A stretch of 64,000 bases of DNA. Origin: an uncultured Pseudobdellovibrionaceae bacterium (GTDB lineage Bacteria; Bdellovibrionota; Bdellovibrionia; Bdellovibrionales; UBA1609). The stretch covers positions 1 through 64,000 of the forward strand of contig CAWDNU010000005.1 in assembly GCA_963803705.1 (NCBI GenBank), read 5' to 3'. The position numbers and the translations under genes are program-made. The notes under the pieces are model-generated. The model was not told the DNA's origin and ran no database searches. It saw only the letters and a program-made list of their open reading frames with translations. Numbering within the stretch: the first letter of the stretch is position 1; each line of letters opens with the position of its first letter. Below, piece after piece: positions 61,117 to 64,000 of the stretch.

Positions 61117-62631
61117 GTGAAATACTACTTATATTACTTTTTGTAGCACCTTCGATGGCCTTGGCATCGCCAGCTCTTTCACGAGCTGATTTCTTTTTAA
61201 AAAAAAATGATAACCAGCAAGCTGCACAAAGATTCTACGACATTATAACCAATTCTAAATATAAGAATGAACACAGTAAAGCTTTGTATTCTCTTTGGCT
61301 AAAGCATTGACTAAAATGGGTTTTAATCAATCGGCAGTATACTACCTTACAGCAATTGCAAGATTTAATTCTTCGTCTAAGTATATGGACCCTGCGTTCG
61401 AAGCATCTATACGAAATCGGCTTTCAAATTGGTGATGAATCAGCACTTAAGTATTCGTTGTCAAAAATTGATATTAAAAAGTTTCCTTCAAACAAAAAGG
61501 ATCTGTTGTATTACAGGCTGGGCGAAGTTTACTTAGACAAGAAAAGCTTTAAAAATGCAATTGCTTCATATGCTAAAGTCATCAGTAGTAGTAAGTTATA
61601 CTCGAAAGCTAGATACAATATGGCACTTGCCTACGCAGAGACCAGAAACCCCAAGTCTAGCACTAAAATACTTCACCCAAGCAGCTAATGCCAGAAGAAA
61701 GTATGGAGCAACTGACACCCAAAGAGTTGGAGCACTAATAGGTACGAGCTAGAGCCTTATACCAAATGGGCAGCTGGGATAGATCAATAACTGCTTACAA
61801 GATGGTTCCTAGGGATTCTACTTTGTGGCATGACGCTCTTTTTGAATCTACTTGGTCTTATTTAAGATCTGGTCGGTTTAGAAGTGCGATGAGTAACTTT
61901 CAGTCTTTGCACTCTAAGTTTTACGACTCATATTATTTGCCTGAGTCATTAATTTTAAGATCTATCGTTTATCTTTATATTTGTAAATACGAAGAGGTGG
62001 ATAAAGTCTTAACTACTTATGACAACACCTATTCTAAAGTTCAAAAGCGTTTATTTTCATACTTAAAAGAAAAAAGGCCTACACAGGAAGATTTAATACA
62101 AATGAATCTTATGTTAGCGGATGTGGAGAAAGGAGAATTCTGTTGACACTAGTTATTCTGGTATCCCTGGCTTAGCGCTAAGGCATGTGTCTAGATCTGT
62201 TTCTTTCAAGAAGAAATAATAGATATTTGAAAATGCTTTATAATGAACGAGCTTTAAATTCTAAACAGAATGATTTTTGGAAACGCTCTGGTCTTGGTCA
62301 ACAGATTACTAAAAATTTAAAACGCCGAATATCTTCAACTGAAAAATATACAGCTTCAATGATTCGTCAGTCATTAGTTAAGATGAACGAAGAGTTACTA
62401 GAGTTTGGTGATCAAAAAGAATTTATTAAGGTAGAGGTCACAACAGCTAAGACTGAAGGCGCTTTAAAAAAAATCAGAGGAACTGACGACCCTTCGGACG
62501 CTATAACAGCTAAAAATTCTAGAGATTTTTATATTCTTAACGGCTATGAGTATTGGCCTTTTCAAGGAGAGTATTGGCTAGATGAAATTGGTAACTATCA
62601 ATATGTAGGAGCTAGTCAGTGTACAAGATAA
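61117..62631 (+). CDS. GltC-like TPR gliding-motility protein, broken by several indels
   Basis: GTG after AGGAGG; fragments with VPRDS.LWHDALFESTW, YYLPESLIL, C-terminal YEYWPFQGEYWLDEIGNY...C. Confidence 0.7.
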
Positions 62632-62684
62632 TAAAAAAAAACTTCAAAAATTTTTATAGTTATAGAAATTGTTATGCAAATGGC

Positions 62685-64000
62685 TTGGTTGCGATACTCC
62701 TAAAAATTTCTAATAATCGCTTTATCATTATGACTGCTTGTGTTGCATCATTAGTAGGTGGACTATCTCTGCAAGCAAAAACAGTTGGTTCAATTATTAA
62801 AAATATAGAAAAAGCACCTGTATCCCTGCCCAAGACTCGATCTGCTTCTAGAAAGACCAAAGCCACTAAGGTCGATTTGAAGTTAGTTAGCCCTACCTCA
62901 TCTGTGAACTCACTTTTCAAAGAGGGAACCAACGAGGCAGAGTACGAGAAGCTGTTAAATCAACAAATCAGCCAGCTCTACGCTCTTTCTAGAAAAACCA
63001 GATCCAAGTCAATGCAAGGCGATGTTTGGCTAAGATTGGGAAAGGCCTACACTGAAAAGTCCGCTTTAGTCGAACAACGAATCAACGAGAATTTTGATAA
63101 AAAAATGGAGCAGTATTTCGACAAGAAAAGATCTTCGAAACCTAGATTAGATATGTCTCCTGCTCAAACTTATAATAAAAAAGCTATCGAACTTTACAGA
63201 TGGTATTTAAGAGACAATCCAAGAAGTCCAAGTTCAGATCAGGTGTTGTTCTTTTTAGGCTATAACACTATGGCATTAGGTGATGACTCGGCCAGCGTAA
63301 AGTACTATGAAGCGCTATCTAAAAGATACCCTAAGAGCGAATTTGTAGTTGAAGCAAATCTCTCTTTAGCGGACTATTATTTTGATCAGGGTTCAAAAAA
63401 CTATTCTCAGAGCAGAAAAAACTATCTAAAAGCAGAGCGTTTTTATAAAAAAATAATTCAAAGTAGATCTCGCTTATCTTCTATAGCCACTTATAAATTA
63501 GCTTGGGTAAACTTAAAACTTGGCCGTTCAACTAGAGCTTTGTCTTATATCACAAGAGTGATTCGAGATGGTAAATTTAAGGATCAAAGAAAAGTTTCCT
63601 CTGAAAGGTTAGCCCGTGAAGCCCAGAAAGAGCTTCCGATGTTCTACTCACAAGTGAGCGACTACAAGAAGGCTGTGCCGTATTTTAAAGCCTCTTTGCC
63701 CAAAAATGATGTAGCCAAATCACTAGAACAGTTGGCTCTACTTTACGCTGATTCGGGAAATAGGGATGGTGCTGGCTATCTTTTTGATTACCTATCCAGA
63801 ACAGGAGATCTTTCTGTAGAAAAAGTTTTTGATTTCCAGCTTAAGAAAGTTCAGTTGGCTGAAACAAAAGGCGGCATCGTTAACTCCAGAACAGACCTTT
63901 TAGACTTAATTGATGGGTTCGGCCCCAACACCCGTTGGGCTAAAAAAGCCAGAAAGAAGCAAGTTTACGAAGTTCCATACAGAAAAATGGAATCTTTACT
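62685..64000 (+). CDS. Large TPR protein, AgmU/GltD-like (runs off window; start 62685 or 62730)
   Basis: Hand translation: GDVWLRLGKAYTEK...KAIELYRWYLRDNP...DQVLFFLGY TPR repeats; absent from ORF track because no stop is reached. Confidence 0.7.
   Translation, partial: MVAILLKISNNRFIIMTACVASLVGGLSLQAKTVGSIIKNIEKAPVSLPKTRSASRKTKATKVDLKLVSPTSSVNSLFKEGTNEAEYEKLLNQQISQLYALSRKTRSKSMQGDVWLRLGKAYTEKSALVEQRINENFDKKMEQYFDKKRSSKPRLDMSPAQTYNKKAIELYRWYLRDNPRSPSSDQVLFFLGYNTMALGDDSASVKYYEALSKRYPKSEFVVEANLSLADYYFDQGSKNYSQSRKNYLKAERFYKKIIQSRSRLSSIATYKLAWVNLKLGRSTRALSYITRVIRDGKFKDQRKVSSERLAREAQKELPMFYSQVSDYKKAVPYFKASLPKNDVAKSLEQLALLYADSGNRDGAGYLFDYLSRTGDLSVEKVFDFQLKKVQLAETKGGIVNSRTDLLDLIDGFGPNTRWAKKARKKQVYEVPYRKMESL

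Noticed and set aside
172..62932. Many short antisense or overlapping ORFs in the track
   Set aside because: Shadows of well-supported genes, with no motifs or RBS

Overview
AT-rich bacterial chromosome segment, most likely Bdellovibrionota (inferred from gliding-type beta-barrel/TPR genes, an FHA-sigma54 activator and a lone CpaF). Most of it is housekeeping: umuDC, speD-speE-trmH, queF, TRAP and Na/alanine transport, queA-tgt-yajC-secDF-recJ-queC, eno, polA, engB, kdsB-pyrG-kdsD-kdsC, plus tRNA-Arg(UCG) and tRNA-Leu(GAG). The standout is a 5.6-kb array directly downstream of tRNA-Arg (15481-21033). Five co-oriented copies of a 29-bp site (consensus GTTCTAAATTCATTCCATCTGGCGGGCCA), ending in the tRNA's own 3' terminus GGCGGGCCA, divide it into five 0.7-1.5 kb gene units. 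These carry two toxin-antitoxin operons, a secreted hydrolase and decayed genes, and no integrase lies in the window. It looks like a tRNA-anchored, integron-like cassette array. Also present: a 125-bp MITE with a 4-bp target duplication, two intergenic tandem-repeat tracts, a UmuD lacking both catalytic residues, and a secreted GT-B/EarP-like protein behind a sigma54 promoter. Scattered single-base frameshifts, including one in pyrG, suggest assembly indel errors. All family assignments come from motif recognition by eye; no database search was run.
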